From sequence record OZ035785.1: a stretch of 64,000 nt of DNA. One strand, 5' to 3'. The DNA is from Tequatrovirus BCH953P2. The notes below the pieces were generated by a model that did no database searches, was not told the origin of the DNA, and worked only from the letters and a program-made list of their open reading frames with translations. Each line of letters opens with the position of its first letter. Position 1 is the first letter of the stretch. The translations under genes were made by a program, and so were the position numbers. Below, in pieces: positions 63,203 to 64,000 of the stretch.

Positions 63203-64000
63203 ATGTTTGGTTATTTTTATAATTCGTCTTTTAGACGATATGCTACCTTGATGGGCGATTTGTTTTCAAATATCCAAATCAAACGTCAGTTAGAATCTGG
63301 TGATAAGTTTATACGTGTTCCTATTACATATGCGTCAAAGGAACACTTCATGATGAAATTAAATAAATGGACATCAATAAATTCACAAGAAGATGTAGCT
63401 AAAGTTGAAACTATTCTACCTCGTATAAATTTACATTTAGTTGATTTTAGCTATAATGCTCCATTTAAAACAAACATTTTAAATCAGAATTTACTGCAAA
63501 AAGGTGCAACTTCTGTAGTATCGCAGTATAATCCATCTCCTATTAAAATGATTTATGAATTGAGTATCTTTACTCGCTACGAAGATGATATGTTTCAAAT
63601 AGTTGAACAGATTCTTCCATATTTTCAACCTCATTTTAATACAACTATGTACGAGCAGTTTGGAAATGATATTCCATTTAAAAGGGATATTAAAATTGTA
63701 CTGATGTCTGCTGCTATAGACGAAGCTATAGATGGAGATAATTTATCTCGTCGTAGAATTGAATGGTCATTAACATTTGAAGTAAATGGATGGATGTATC
63801 CTCCAGTAGATGATGCAGAAGGATTAATTCGTACTACTTATACAGATTTTCATGCTAATACAAGAGATTTGCCTGATGGCGAAGGTGTTTTTGAATCTGT
63901 CGATAGCGAAGTTGTTCCTCGAGATATTGACCCAGAAGACTGGGATGGAACAGTAAAACAAACTTTCACTAGTAATGTAAATAGACCAACACCGCCAGAA
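63203..64000 (+). CDS. 15: Tail sheath stabiliser/terminator gp15, 3-prime end beyond window
   Basis: ATG at 63203 preceded by AGGAGAAG; open frame to window end; not in ORF track because no stop in window. Confidence 0.8.
   Translation, partial: MFGYFYNSSFRRYATLMGDLFSNIQIKRQLESGDKFIRVPITYASKEHFMMKLNKWTSINSQEDVAKVETILPRINLHLVDFSYNAPFKTNILNQNLLQKGATSVVSQYNPSPIKMIYELSIFTRYEDDMFQIVEQILPYFQPHFNTTMYEQFGNDIPFKRDIKIVLMSAAIDEAIDGDNLSRRRIEWSLTFEVNGWMYPPVDDAEGLIRTTYTDFHANTRDLPDGEGVFESVDSEVVPRDIDPEDWDGTVKQTFTSNVNRPTPPE

Overview
This window is a T4-like (T-even, Tequatrovirus-type) myovirus genome segment, recognised by reading the ORF-track translations against remembered T4 proteins; no search was run. 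Positions 1-45736 are almost entirely minus-strand early/middle genes: regA (partial), clamp loader 62/44, clamp 45, rpbA, 46/47, a-gt, 55, nrdH/nrdG/nrdD, endonuclease VII, pin, nrdC, eleven ORFs matching the T4 nrdC.1-nrdC.11 block, rI, tk, regB, denV, lysozyme e, nudE, a tRNA cluster, ipI, 57B, 57A and genes 1, 3, 2, 4. Positions 45784-64000 are plus-strand late baseplate and tail genes 53, 5, 5.1, 5.4, 6-12, wac, 13, 14 and partial 15. It is not T4 itself: lysozyme differs from the remembered T4 sequence at three residues, nrdD is one uninterrupted 605-codon ORF, a free-standing GIY-YIG gene abuts nrdD, and the tRNA set appears to include Tyr and Asn. No single clearly novel multi-gene system stands out; the best candidates for follow-up are an AAA+ ATPase plus nucleotidyltransferase pair, a macro-domain protein, several tandem paralogue families and a repeat-flanked internal-protein cassette. 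Known counter-defence genes 57B (Acb1) and ipI are present, and a vs.4 (Acb2) candidate is placed by position only. Gene names given only by position are inferences from synteny.
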